Part shown: piece after piece, positions 27,934 to 38,005 of the stretch
How the letters are laid out: every line of letters begins with the position of its first letter
Numbering within the stretch: position 1 is the stretch's first letter
Assembly: GCA_013166775.1 (NCBI GenBank)
Contig: JABLTJ010000012.1
Location: 1-64,000, forward strand
Direction of reading: 5' to 3'
Source: Promethearchaeati archaeon
GTDB lineage: Archaea; Asgardarchaeota; Heimdallarchaeia; Heimdallarchaeales; Heimdallarchaeaceae
DNA: 64,000 nucleotides
Program-made: the position numbers and the translations under genes
Notes under the pieces: generated by a model
Told to the model about the DNA's origin: nothing
Seen by the model: the letters and a program-made list of their open reading frames with translations, nothing else
Database searches by the model: none

Positions 27934-28644
27934 ATGAGTTCTGAAGTAAATTTACAAACTAAAGAAAAAGTAATAATTGAAACAAAAATGCCTGGATGGT
28001 TAAGATTCTACAACATAGGCTTTGGATTAATACTTTTTGCAGGTGCTTTCGTAATCTTATTATTTCCTGAAATTCAACCATACACCGTAATTGCTTTTGC
28101 GACTTTGATAGTAATAATTGGAGTTTCTAGATTAATCAATGGACTTTTTGATAAAGGTCTAAAAGTAAGCACAAAAGTCTTCAAGATAACAATCGGATTT
28201 ATCTTAACAGGTTTAGGTATTGTTACTTATTTCGCTCCAGATTTTGGAGAGGACTTCTTTATTATTTTCGTTTCAAGTGCTCTAATCCTAAATGCTTTAA
28301 CTAGAATGGCTATAGTCGCTATCCGAAAAAGACTTCCAGATGCAGTAAAAGTGTTATTATTATTGTTAGCATTATTTATGTTTGCAATTTCTATAATAAT
28401 TCTGCTAGTACTATTAACAGGTATTCTATCAGTTTTAACTGATGATCTATTAATAGGGTTGTTAGGTTTGACTGTACAGTTTTCTGGAATAGGAAGACTC
28501 ATCTCTGGAGTTTCAGGATTTAGATTAACAACCACAAAAACAGAAGAAGAATACCAAAAACAACAAAGAACCAAGAAAGAGAAGAAGAAACAAGCTAAAC
28601 TGGAAAAAGAATTACGCAAAGAAAAACGAAAAGCAAAGAAATAG
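27934..28644 (+). CDS. HdeD/DUF308-like membrane protein with Lys-rich C-terminal tail
   Basis: MPGWLRFYNIGFG, IGVSRL, GIGRL; tail KKEKKKQAKLEKELRKEKRKAKK. Confidence 0.7.
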   Translation: MSSEVNLQTKEKVIIETKMPGWLRFYNIGFGLILFAGAFVILLFPEIQPYTVIAFATLIVIIGVSRLINGLFDKGLKVSTKVFKITIGFILTGLGIVTYFAPDFGEDFFIIFVSSALILNALTRMAIVAIRKRLPDAVKVLLLLLALFMFAISIIILLVLLTGILSVLTDDLLIGLLGLTVQFSGIGRLISGVSGFRLTTTKTEEEYQKQQRTKKEKKKQAKLEKELRKEKRKAKK

Positions 28645-28712
28645 AATAATAATCTTCCTTTTTCATATTTTTTCTATGTAACATATTTATACTTTAAAGA
28701 AAATTCATTATT

Positions 28713-29777
28713 ATGTTTTTTCCCAAGAAGAAAAGAAATTCTAAAGCAGGTTTACCTCCTGGAAGTATAGTCTATACAGGAGAGCGAGAGGCTGAAAGCA
28801 TATATCTAACTGCATTAGGATATAATGAAAAAGACATAACACACAAGAAATTAGAAAAAATAGAAGAATTTTTTGAATTAAAAAAAGAATCAGCACAGAA
28901 TTGGTTAATTGTCGAAGGAGTCCATCAAGTAGAAAATATTGAAAAAATAGGGGGAGAATATAATTTGCACCCTCTTGTACTAGAAGACATAGTAAATGTA
29001 TTCGGAAGATCGAAAATAGATACATTTGATGAATATCTATGCATTATTATGAAGATGTTCCAATATTCTTCTGAATCAAACCAGTTAGAGGAGGATCAAA
29101 TTAGTCTTTTACTTACTCATGATAGTGTAATCTCTTTCAGCGAAAAACAATCAGAAATTTTTACTCCCGTAATCAACAGAATAATAAGTGGATATGGAAG
29201 AATTCGTAAAACAAAAAATGATTATCTGCTATATTCTCTAATAGACATAGTCGTTGATAATTATTTCTTGGTTTTAGAGCAAATTGGTTTAGGATTAAGT
29301 GATATAGAGGAAGAATTAGTTTCGTCTCCGAATCAAAATACCCTAATACAGATTCAATACCTAAAACGGAACATCATACATCTTAGAAAGACAATTTTTC
29401 CCGTAAGGGAGATTCTAAACAGTATAATTAGAGGGGATGCAACTATAATCGAGGATTCTACTATGCTCTATTTTCGAGACGTTTATGATCATGTAATAAG
29501 AATAATTGAAACAATTGAGTCTTACAGAGACATGGTTTCAGGATTATTAGACATTTACCTATCCAGTGTAAGTAATAAAATGAATGAAATCATGAAAGTA
29601 TTAACTATAATTGCTACTATTTTTATTCCGTTAACATTTATTGCAGGAATTTATGGTATGAATTTCTTGTATATGCCTGAATTACAGTGGCAATGGGGAT
29701 ATTTGTTTGTCTGGATAATAATGATTATCATTACAGGTTTCATGATATTCTATTTCAGAAAGCGGAAATGGATTTAG
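28713..29777 (+). CDS. corA: Magnesium/cobalt transporter CorA
   Basis: GLPPGS, LHPLVLEDI, YFRDVYDH, GIYGMNF, MPEL.W.WGY. Confidence 0.95.
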   Translation: MFFPKKKRNSKAGLPPGSIVYTGEREAESIYLTALGYNEKDITHKKLEKIEEFFELKKESAQNWLIVEGVHQVENIEKIGGEYNLHPLVLEDIVNVFGRSKIDTFDEYLCIIMKMFQYSSESNQLEEDQISLLLTHDSVISFSEKQSEIFTPVINRIISGYGRIRKTKNDYLLYSLIDIVVDNYFLVLEQIGLGLSDIEEELVSSPNQNTLIQIQYLKRNIIHLRKTIFPVREILNSIIRGDATIIEDSTMLYFRDVYDHVIRIIETIESYRDMVSGLLDIYLSSVSNKMNEIMKVLTIIATIFIPLTFIAGIYGMNFLYMPELQWQWGYLFVWIIMIIITGFMIFYFRKRKWI

Positions 29778-29858
29778 TACTATTACTGAAAATTAGAAGA
29801 ATTCATCACTAAATAGAAGATAGAGAAATATCTGAAAAAATTAATATATTTTATTTAT

Positions 29859-30644
29859 TTAATCTATATCAGGGATATATTCTTCTTCCTTCAAAGCAAG
29901 ATCAACTAGCTCGTTGTAAGCTTTCTTCACATCTTCATCTTCTCCAATAAGTAAGAAATGTAATGATCCTTCACCTGAACCAACACCACTCGAACCTATT
30001 TGAAACACATTGATATCTGGATAGAGTAATTCAAATGCTTCGAACTCAGTGAAAACCTCTCCAGGGATTGGCATTATACCTATTGGTAAACCCATGGTGT
30101 ATTCTTTGTCTATTGCTTTGTTGCCAAGAATTTGTGATAATTCCCATACACTATCATCAATGGATCTAGACAAACTGATCGGAGAGATAATACTTATTCC
30201 TCTTGCTATTGCAATTGGAACAATACCACCAATAGTACCTCCTTCAGGATGAGCAAGATATACGCCTGCTATACCATCGCTTCCTAATGTGTTTCCTCCC
30301 TTGAAAATCACATCTCCTGGTTCAAAAGACTGTAAAGCTTCTTTAAAGCTATCTACTTCCTTCTTTACACCTTTATCGATAACGACTTCTTTAAGTCTTT
30401 TTTCTCCTTTCAAGCTTCCTAATCTAAATAAATCTCTCTTTTCTCCGGTTACTTGACCAGCAACATAGTGAGATTTGTTAATTGGTTCTCCAAGTAATTC
30501 TTCTAAAACATAAGCTGTAGTTGAACCTCGCGAAACAAATATTTTACCTTTTTCTAAAGCTTCTTGCACTTCTGGGTGTTGTTTAATTCCTCGTGCAATC
30601 AACCTTTTACATTCTGAATGAGTTAATACTACTAAAGCACGCAT
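29859..30644 (-). CDS. Conserved hypothetical alpha/beta protein
   Basis: VLTHSECKRLIARG, GSTTAYVLEEL, KGGN, GGTIG, GVGSGEGS; looks like a conserved family, function not recognised. Confidence 0.6.
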   Translation of the reverse strand: MRALVVLTHSECKRLIARGIKQHPEVQEALEKGKIFVSRGSTTAYVLEELLGEPINKSHYVAGQVTGEKRDLFRLGSLKGEKRLKEVVIDKGVKKEVDSFKEALQSFEPGDVIFKGGNTLGSDGIAGVYLAHPEGGTIGGIVPIAIARGISIISPISLSRSIDDSVWELSQILGNKAIDKEYTMGLPIGIMPIPGEVFTEFEAFELLYPDINVFQIGSSGVGSGEGSLHFLLIGEDEDVKKAYNELVDLALKEEEYIPDID

Positions 30645-30708
30645 AATTTTTTAGTTCAAGATAGAAATAAAAATGTTTCCAGAAAGAAGAAAGAAAAGAA
30701 TACTCCCT

Positions 30709-33700
30709 TTAGAAGTATTCCTCAAAGTTTGTTTGAGTAAAAGGACGTATCGACTCAAGATCTTTAGTTAGAATATAAAGGGTATTGAAAACAAATTTCT
30801 CTTTTGGTTTTACAATTATATTTTTTGTATCACTGCCCAATGTGGCAAAGGAAAGATCAGGTGAGTAAGTACCCACATTCACATATTTTTGATTAGAATA
30901 AGCAACTGTACCAAAGGTGTAATCGTTTTCAATATTTTTGTATGCAGCCCATTTCACGTCATAATCTTGATGTCTACGAGCATATGCTTGAAAGTCACTA
31001 AGTTTGAAAGTAGTGATCTTTTCCTTAACCTCTGTATAGTATTCATCCTCAGGCTTTCCACTTGTTTTCATTTGTGCATCACTAAAGATTGAAAAAGTTC
31101 TATTAGTTTCAGAGTGATTTTCAACTATTTGTTGAAAAAGAACAATAGGTGAGGTGGGCAGAGTCAAATAGTTATTTATTACTTGTAATCCCTTAAGTTT
31201 CGATGAATATTCTATTATCTCTGATTTGAAGGATATACCTTTCCAATACCCTCTTTGAATTTTGGACCCCTCAAATTTAAGTCTATTATAGTTATATTCA
31301 TCTCTTTGTGGTGCAGAATAAATCTCACCACTTAACCCACCATAAAATTCATTCCACCATAAAAACGGTTTTACATTAGGATAAAAGGTTTGTAAGTAAT
31401 TATCATTATTCTCAACTGAAAGATGATACACTTGACCTCTGAATGAGGAATCAGCTTTGAAATGGAGAAATCCATTATCCACTATGAAGGTTTTTTTCGA
31501 ACCCTCGATTACTTCTTGAACAGAGATTTCTGTTCCCTCATCAAAACAACATATTGCAATCGGATATTCATAATTTAATGATAATGTCTTAAAGAGTAGT
31601 TTTCCTGAGTAGAGTCTTTTAGTTAGTTTGTCAAAGTTAAACAGAACCTCTAATTTACTTGTTTTGGTTTTATTAATTATATACTCTTCAGGAGATATAT
31701 TCAATTTTGGAAAATTCAACCCAATACTTCCTTCAAATCCTGTTTCTTTCTGTGTATCAATAGAAAGGACTACATTTTGATTTGATTTAGGAAGAATTAT
31801 ACCTCTACATAGGTATTTTAAAGTAGAATCTGAATACAATCCAATTGCTTTATAATCTGAAGGAGATCTCCAAAGTTCAAGTCTTTTTTCTGCAAGATTC
31901 AGATATTTTTCTTTCCATTTAAGCTGAATCTCTTGCCATGTATCAGCGAAATAGAACCAAATCATTGATGTTTCATATGATTCATTTACTCTAAGTTTTG
32001 GAATTTTTTCCTCAGTACTTTGGAATTTTATTTTATCTAATCTATCAAGATTGTATAAACAGCCGACATACCCTTCAGGATATTTTCCAGCATTCCATCC
32101 TTCTTGAAAATCTTCAGGTTTGTTTGGATCATCAATCGGGAGTTCTGGTAAGTTAAAGTATTTTATTCCTTCTTTGAAATGGAAAATAAGTTGTTCCAGC
32201 CTATCTCCTCTCCACCACCAGAATTCCGTTTGGACACCTAAATCACCCATTTCTTTATCTGAATTATTATCTAGTGTAAAGCATAAACCTATTGGCTCAT
32301 CATCATTTGGTACAAATATCTTGCGAGTAAACTGTATTCCTTTCTTTTCAGTTGAAGAAGCACTAGAATGCAACCAAATTCCATCTTCTGTAATATTAAT
32401 TGAGTGATCAAGATTTTTTGTGTAAAATTCACTTCCTTCAGTATCAAAAGGATAACCAAGAACCATGGTGAATCCAGTTCTTTCAAGATTTCTTTTCTTA
32501 TCCCTAATTGTTACTAAATTTTCCCCTATCGAGTATCCTTTGTAATAACTCGCTCTTACATCTCGGTTTTCGATGAATACCTGTTGATCAATTTCATAAC
32601 TAATCGCTTTGTTTTTCTTGAAAATTATAATTGGTAATTTCTTTGAGATTATTTCTGTTTTGTCAATTGAAGAGACTTTAATCTCGAAATAATCTACATT
32701 TGTACTAGATTCTTTAATCTTCACTGGGATGTCTATTTGTGAATCATATTTTGAGAGTTTAATATTGTAATTCTTCTTTTCAAAATAGAGCAATTTACTA
32801 TCTGCAACTGTAATTATTATTTCTCTTTCTTCTTCAAGAAAATTCGAGATTATAACGGGAAGGGTTACCTCTGTATTAGATTTTGATATGAAATTCTTAG
32901 GATCAGTCTGAATATCAACAGCATTTTTGGGAATTTTACCCAATGCAATTGGAAAAGAAACACCATTTAAGGAAAGTTGAAACACTAATTCATTCAAACT
33001 ATAGATTTGAGGGAAAATCTGAACATCTAGTTCTTCTGTATCAGAGAGAAAAGATCCTGTATAAGTAAGTTCTTTCTGTTGATTTGTTAATAGTTCTATT
33101 GTTGCTTGTTTATCACCAGAGAATTTCAGACTGGATGTTGAAGAAGCTGATAAAGAAATCTTAACGTTTTCTTCACTCTGGTTCTTTAGTAAGAGATTAA
33201 ATGGAAATTCATCAATTCCAACAAAAGCTTGTGAATTAGGTGTTTTTGCTTGAATATGTAAATCAAGGTTTTTGAACTTAAAGTGAAAACCACTTATTCT
33301 TCCTATTGAGCGATCGATCCAAACTCTCAGTGATTCCCCTTCTTCTGTTTCAAAATAATATTCATAAATATGCATTTCATTATCTAGTTCATTATTTTGT
33401 TCTTGATTTATTACAGGTTTAAAGATATCATACCAAGAATAGATTGAAAAGAATTCTCTGAAAAGGGAATAATTTAGAATTTGAGGGATATAATTTTCCA
33501 TATATACAGAGGTTCTTGGTCTCCATTTGTATCCTTGACGTTTGTATAAAGGCATTGCTTTGAGATTACCTCCCCATGTATGTAATCCGATAAATCGTGC
33601 TCCCCGTTCCATAGCATACTGTGTTGCTTTCAGAAGGAGTGCTTTTCCTAGTTTTTGTCCTTGATAAGCTGGATCAACACCTATTATAGCAACGTACCAT

Positions 33701-33978
33701 CCATCAGGTGTATCCCAACTTTTATTGCAAATGCAAACACCTACCATTTTATTTTCATCATCAGGTGCATAAACAACAAAAAAACTACTCATATCCACTG
33801 ATTTGTAGTAATCTTCAGCCCATTCTGCTGTAAAAACAAAGGAACCACCGAATCCTCCTGGCCATGAATCAGAATCCTTGAAAGAATTAAAACATCTTGC
33901 TAATTTTTCATACTCTTTCTGAGTTTGTTGCATATTTTTAACAAGTTTATTTTTCTCATTGGGTGGAAAGAGAATCAT
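30709..33978 (-). CDS. Large GNAT acetyltransferase fusion protein
   Basis: VDPAYQGQKLGKALL, HTWGGNLKAMPLYKRQGY; about 900 aa beta-rich C-terminus; start may be the internal ATG (MQQTQ). Confidence 0.8.
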   Translation of the reverse strand: MILFPPNEKNKLVKNMQQTQKEYEKLARCFNSFKDSDSWPGGFGGSFVFTAEWAEDYYKSVDMSSFFVVYAPDDENKMVGVCICNKSWDTPDGWYVAIIGVDPAYQGQKLGKALLLKATQYAMERGARFIGLHTWGGNLKAMPLYKRQGYKWRPRTSVYMENYIPQILNYSLFREFFSIYSWYDIFKPVINQEQNNELDNEMHIYEYYFETEEGESLRVWIDRSIGRISGFHFKFKNLDLHIQAKTPNSQAFVGIDEFPFNLLLKNQSEENVKISLSASSTSSLKFSGDKQATIELLTNQQKELTYTGSFLSDTEELDVQIFPQIYSLNELVFQLSLNGVSFPIALGKIPKNAVDIQTDPKNFISKSNTEVTLPVIISNFLEEEREIIITVADSKLLYFEKKNYNIKLSKYDSQIDIPVKIKESSTNVDYFEIKVSSIDKTEIISKKLPIIIFKKNKAISYEIDQQVFIENRDVRASYYKGYSIGENLVTIRDKKRNLERTGFTMVLGYPFDTEGSEFYTKNLDHSINITEDGIWLHSSASSTEKKGIQFTRKIFVPNDDEPIGLCFTLDNNSDKEMGDLGVQTEFWWWRGDRLEQLIFHFKEGIKYFNLPELPIDDPNKPEDFQEGWNAGKYPEGYVGCLYNLDRLDKIKFQSTEEKIPKLRVNESYETSMIWFYFADTWQEIQLKWKEKYLNLAEKRLELWRSPSDYKAIGLYSDSTLKYLCRGIILPKSNQNVVLSIDTQKETGFEGSIGLNFPKLNISPEEYIINKTKTSKLEVLFNFDKLTKRLYSGKLLFKTLSLNYEYPIAICCFDEGTEISVQEVIEGSKKTFIVDNGFLHFKADSSFRGQVYHLSVENNDNYLQTFYPNVKPFLWWNEFYGGLSGEIYSAPQRDEYNYNRLKFEGSKIQRGYWKGISFKSEIIEYSSKLKGLQVINNYLTLPTSPIVLFQQIVENHSETNRTFSIFSDAQMKTSGKPEDEYYTEVKEKITTFKLSDFQAYARRHQDYDVKWAAYKNIENDYTFGTVAYSNQKYVNVGTYSPDLSFATLGSDTKNIIVKPKEKFVFNTLYILTKDLESIRPFTQTNFEEYF

Positions 33979-34125
33979 GCACTTTCTTCCATAAAAATAG
34001 TTAATAAGATTACTATTTTGTAGAGAATTTCCTTTTACTTCTTTTTATATCGTTTAATACTACAACATACTTTTTAATATGAAAGAACCTACTATACATT
34101 CTGAGAGTACTTATTCGGTGCAATC

Positions 34126-34581
34126 ATGAGTAAGAATAAAGCGAATGCTGAAAAACTAGCAAAAATACCAAAAAGACCACCATTATTACGTTTTACTGTC
34201 GTAGATTTAAGTGGGTTAACTGTATTCCATCGATCCTTTGTTAGTGAAGTTTTAGATGAAGTTCTTTTCTCAGGTTTTAGTGCTGCAATGATTGCTTTTT
34301 CAAGAGAACTTGGGAGTGATTTACATTCAATCAGAATGGAAGGAGTAAATTACTTTTTTCAAACAAGGGGGGATTTTATCTTTGTAGTTGGTATGTATCC
34401 AAGGGTTCATTCAAATAGCGCAAAACGTTTTCTCAGACTTATCAACAATCTCATTGCTTGGGATGAACTGGAGGGATATCTAAACAAAGCGATTTATTTT
34501 CAAACAGAGAATTTTCAAGATGAAGCTGAACAGTTAATACTAGAATTTCAGATTAAATTTAAACATCTAATTCATACTTAA
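34126..34581 (+). CDS. Stand-alone longin-like domain protein
   Basis: VVDLSGLTVFHRSF...DEVLFSGFSAAMIAFSRELG..LHSIRMEG..YFF, a pattern typical of Asgard longin-like domains. Confidence 0.65.
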   Translation: MSKNKANAEKLAKIPKRPPLLRFTVVDLSGLTVFHRSFVSEVLDEVLFSGFSAAMIAFSRELGSDLHSIRMEGVNYFFQTRGDFIFVVGMYPRVHSNSAKRFLRLINNLIAWDELEGYLNKAIYFQTENFQDEAEQLILEFQIKFKHLIHT

Positions 34582-34657
34582 TAGCACAGTGAAAGAATTC
34601 ACAATAAGTTTTAAAGTAATAAATTATAAATTATAACACAACATTAGGTGTCCTTGC

Positions 34658-35905
34658 ATGCTAATAACAGAGAAAAAATCCCTCAAAATTCAAGAAAGGG
34701 ACATGACTAATATTCTCAAGTTTAAAGAGAAAAACGAAATTACTGATCTAAATGTAAGAAATAAGAGAGTACTCGTAAGAGTTGATTATAATCTACCTCT
34801 AGATTCTGACGGAAATATAGCTGATGATAGAAGAATCAGATATACTCTTCCTACAATTTACTATCTTCTAAATGAGAACTGCAAGATAATTCTGATGTCT
34901 CACTGGGGAAGACCAAAAGGAAAGATTGTAGAAGAATTGAGACTTGATCCAATAGCAAGAAGATTAAGAGAATTACTGCCATTATACAGAATTTACAAAG
35001 TTGATGATTGTATAGGAAATGAAGTAAAAGCTATGGCAAATAAGCTAAATCAACAGCAAATACTATTGCTTGAAAATACTCGTTTCCATCCTGAAGAACA
35101 GAAGAACGATGATGATTTTGCTAAGGAATTAGCAAATTATGCAGATGTTTTCATAAATGAAGCTTTTGCTACTGCTCACAGGGAACATGCTAGCACTTGT
35201 GGAGTAGCTAAATTTATCGAGGAAAAAGCAATTGGATTCCTCATGGCAAAAGAATTAAAATTTCTATCACATACAATTGCTGAACCTAATCGTCCAATGA
35301 CAGCTATAATTGGAGGAGCTAAGATTGAAGATAAATTACCTGCTATTAAAAATCTGATTGGTTTAGCAGATAATATTCTTATTGGTGGTTCAATTGCTTT
35401 TACTTTTCTTTTAGCACAAGGTTATGAAGTTGGAATGTCTCAAAAGGATTTAGCATATATTGACACAGTTAAAGAGTATGTTCAATTAGCAAACGAAGTA
35501 GGTACAAAAATCTATATTCCCTCAGATGTGGTCGCAACTGAAGATCTAAGAAGAATCATACCTGTTGAAATTGTATCAACTAAAGAAATGAATAAAAGAC
35601 AAATTGGTGCAGATATTGGACCAGAGACTATCAAGGAATATACAGAAGTATTAGGAAATTCAAAAGAAGTTCTTTGGACAGGACCAATGGGAATATTCGA
35701 ACAGAAAGAGTTTGAAAAAGGGACAAAAGAACTAGCTCAGTTCCTTGTAGAAAACAATATAACTACATTTGTAGGTGGAGGAGATTCCGCAGCAGCTTTC
35801 GAGAAATTTGACTTTGAGAAAGATATTTCATTTGTATCAACAGGAGGAGGAGCATCTTTAGCGGTCATGAAAGGAGAACTCTTGCCAGCTATTGATTATC
35901 TTTAA
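34658..35905 (+). CDS. pgk: Phosphoglycerate kinase
   Basis: RVDYNLP, SHWGRPKG, LENTRF, AHREHAS, GGAK..DK, GPMGIFE, GGGDS, STGGGASL. Confidence 0.94.
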   Translation: MLITEKKSLKIQERDMTNILKFKEKNEITDLNVRNKRVLVRVDYNLPLDSDGNIADDRRIRYTLPTIYYLLNENCKIILMSHWGRPKGKIVEELRLDPIARRLRELLPLYRIYKVDDCIGNEVKAMANKLNQQQILLLENTRFHPEEQKNDDDFAKELANYADVFINEAFATAHREHASTCGVAKFIEEKAIGFLMAKELKFLSHTIAEPNRPMTAIIGGAKIEDKLPAIKNLIGLADNILIGGSIAFTFLLAQGYEVGMSQKDLAYIDTVKEYVQLANEVGTKIYIPSDVVATEDLRRIIPVEIVSTKEMNKRQIGADIGPETIKEYTEVLGNSKEVLWTGPMGIFEQKEFEKGTKELAQFLVENNITTFVGGGDSAAAFEKFDFEKDISFVSTGGGASLAVMKGELLPAIDYL

Positions 35906-36905
35906 ATTCTTTCCATTTCTCAAGTAGCTTCTGTTCTTTTTTAGGATTTAGTCCACCTGCAAATCCGTAGTTGTATTTCTTGGGAGCGATTTTTTCCCAT
36001 TCTAATATATCGATTATTGTATCCTTAAGTTGTCTAAAAGCTAATCCTTCAGCGATAGCTTTACCAATGTTACAGCTATTTGTCATTAATAATAACTGGT
36101 CACTAGTTGTCCAGAAAGGTAATTCTCTCCATTGTCCAATCTTGTTTTTCAGCAAAAATTCATTAGAGACCCAAGTGAATTCCCCTTTACTTTTACTTAC
36201 CTCTTTGCAAGTGTTCAAAATTTGACCAATTGTTAGCTTGTAATCAGGTCCTGTAACGTTGAAATCACCGCCTTTTCCTTGATTAATCATCTTGAAAACC
36301 CAACGAGCTATATCGGAAGCATCTATTAACTGAATAGGATATTCATAACCAACAGGAGCAAGAATTTCACCACCTTTTTCAACTCTCTTCACCCAATAAG
36401 AAAAGCGGTTTGTTTTGTCATATTTACCTACAATCAAACCTGCTCTAACATTCAATGCTTTGGTTCCAAATACGCGATTATTTATTTTTTCAGCTAGTGC
36501 TTTATTTACTCCATATCGTGTAGCTAATGTTTTCTTCTGATTTACTCGTGTAGGTGTAGTTTCATCAAAATTAGGTTTTACTTCAGAATAAGTTTCAATG
36601 CTTGAAATAAATGTGTAGTGTTTGACTTGGTCTTTAAGTAGATGAGTAGATTCTTCAACAACTTGAACCAAATTTTTCATATAACCTATGGTATCAATAA
36701 CACAATCCCATTCTCTTCCCTTAAGAGATTCCAAATCCCCTTTCTTTCTATCTCCAATTAATTTTTCAACATCAGGATAGATTTCTCTGTTTGATTTTCC
36801 TCTATTAAAAAGAGTAATCTCATAACCTAGATTTAGAGCCTGTTCAACGAAATGTCTTCCAAGAAAATGTGTCCCCCCTAGTATTAAAACTCGCATTATG
36901 ATCAC
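35889..36905 (-). CDS. NAD-dependent epimerase/dehydratase (isoflavone reductase-like atypical SDR)
   Basis: LGGTHFLG, LFNRG, YGVNKALAE, RFSYWV.R. Confidence 0.87.
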   Translation of the reverse strand: MIIMRVLILGGTHFLGRHFVEQALNLGYEITLFNRGKSNREIYPDVEKLIGDRKKGDLESLKGREWDCVIDTIGYMKNLVQVVEESTHLLKDQVKHYTFISSIETYSEVKPNFDETTPTRVNQKKTLATRYGVNKALAEKINNRVFGTKALNVRAGLIVGKYDKTNRFSYWVKRVEKGGEILAPVGYEYPIQLIDASDIARWVFKMINQGKGGDFNVTGPDYKLTIGQILNTCKEVSKSKGEFTWVSNEFLLKNKIGQWRELPFWTTSDQLLLMTNSCNIGKAIAEGLAFRQLKDTIIDILEWEKIAPKKYNYGFAGGLNPKKEQKLLEKWKEFKDNQ

Positions 36906-36955
36906 TTGACATTCGATGTTTTATGCAATCGATAAAGGAAGAAATAAACGGACAT

Positions 36956-37945
36956 TTATTTAATTTGTGCTGTTTTGAGATTTGTTTTATAATAAGGAGA
37001 TTTTCGAATTAAATATCTTCTAATAAAAGAACGCAACAAGAAAACAAAAAAACGCGAATATCGCATTTTATCATTTATTTCTGCAAGAAAATCGTCAAAT
37101 GAATGATGTTGGTAATTCAATAATTTCTGCGATTCTTCAGTTTCTAACCAATTAGTATAATACCAATCATCCTTCGTTTCTGGTTCTTTGAAAACTGCTT
37201 CTGGAAGCATCCCAATTCCTAATACTTGAAAATACTTAGTCAGAAAATCACGATTTATATACTGACATTTCTTACCTCCACCAAGCATCATAATTCTTCC
37301 TTCAGTTTGAAATGTAACAGCATTAGCAAAGGCAAGTCCTACATCATAAGTATGAGCAAATTCTATTTTTTGTCCCATAGGTATTTCATATAGAAGATTC
37401 ATTGCATTATCTCTAAGGGATAGTGAAGGAACAGCAGTGGTTCTAAAAATTATCCATGGTAATCCACTTTCTTGGATGATATTTTCTGCTTCAGCTTTTG
37501 TTTTAGTATAAACATCTGAGGGATTGATTGGATGTTCTACGGTTCTAGGAGGCAAATCTGGAGCTTGAGGACCATAGATAGATATCGAACTTGGAAAAAT
37601 AATCTTTGGTGGATTCTTTTGCTTTTTCGCTTCTTTCAAAAGAACTTTTGTCCCTTCAACATTAATTAGATAAGCAAGTGCAGGTTTTTTCTCAGTAAGT
37701 GGAGGAGTTATACCTGCTAAATGAATTATACAGTCTTGATCTTTTACTGTTTCAGCGATTAAAACCTCATTTAGGATATCTCCAAAAATTGTTTTGAAAT
37801 CATACTCTCTTAGAAGTCGTTTAGCGAATTTTAGATTCTTATTTGTAAGCAGGTCAAAGCAAGTAACACAGTGTTTTGCTTTTGCTAGAAACTTCAAAGT
37901 ACTCTGTCCCAAATTCCCATATGCACCTGTAAGGAGAACATTCAT
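36956..37945 (-). CDS. Extended SDR NAD(P)-dependent oxidoreductase
   Basis: TGAYGNLG, IHLAG, NVEGT, SSISIYG, YTKTK. Confidence 0.87.
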   Translation of the reverse strand: MNVLLTGAYGNLGQSTLKFLAKAKHCVTCFDLLTNKNLKFAKRLLREYDFKTIFGDILNEVLIAETVKDQDCIIHLAGITPPLTEKKPALAYLINVEGTKVLLKEAKKQKNPPKIIFPSSISIYGPQAPDLPPRTVEHPINPSDVYTKTKAEAENIIQESGLPWIIFRTTAVPSLSLRDNAMNLLYEIPMGQKIEFAHTYDVGLAFANAVTFQTEGRIMMLGGGKKCQYINRDFLTKYFQVLGIGMLPEAVFKEPETKDDWYYTNWLETEESQKLLNYQHHSFDDFLAEINDKMRYSRFFVFLLRSFIRRYLIRKSPYYKTNLKTAQIK

Positions 37946-38005
37946 AATTAGAAGTATTCTGATAAGAAATTTAAGCTTTCTTAAGGAAGAAAAAAGAGAA
38001 GAAGA

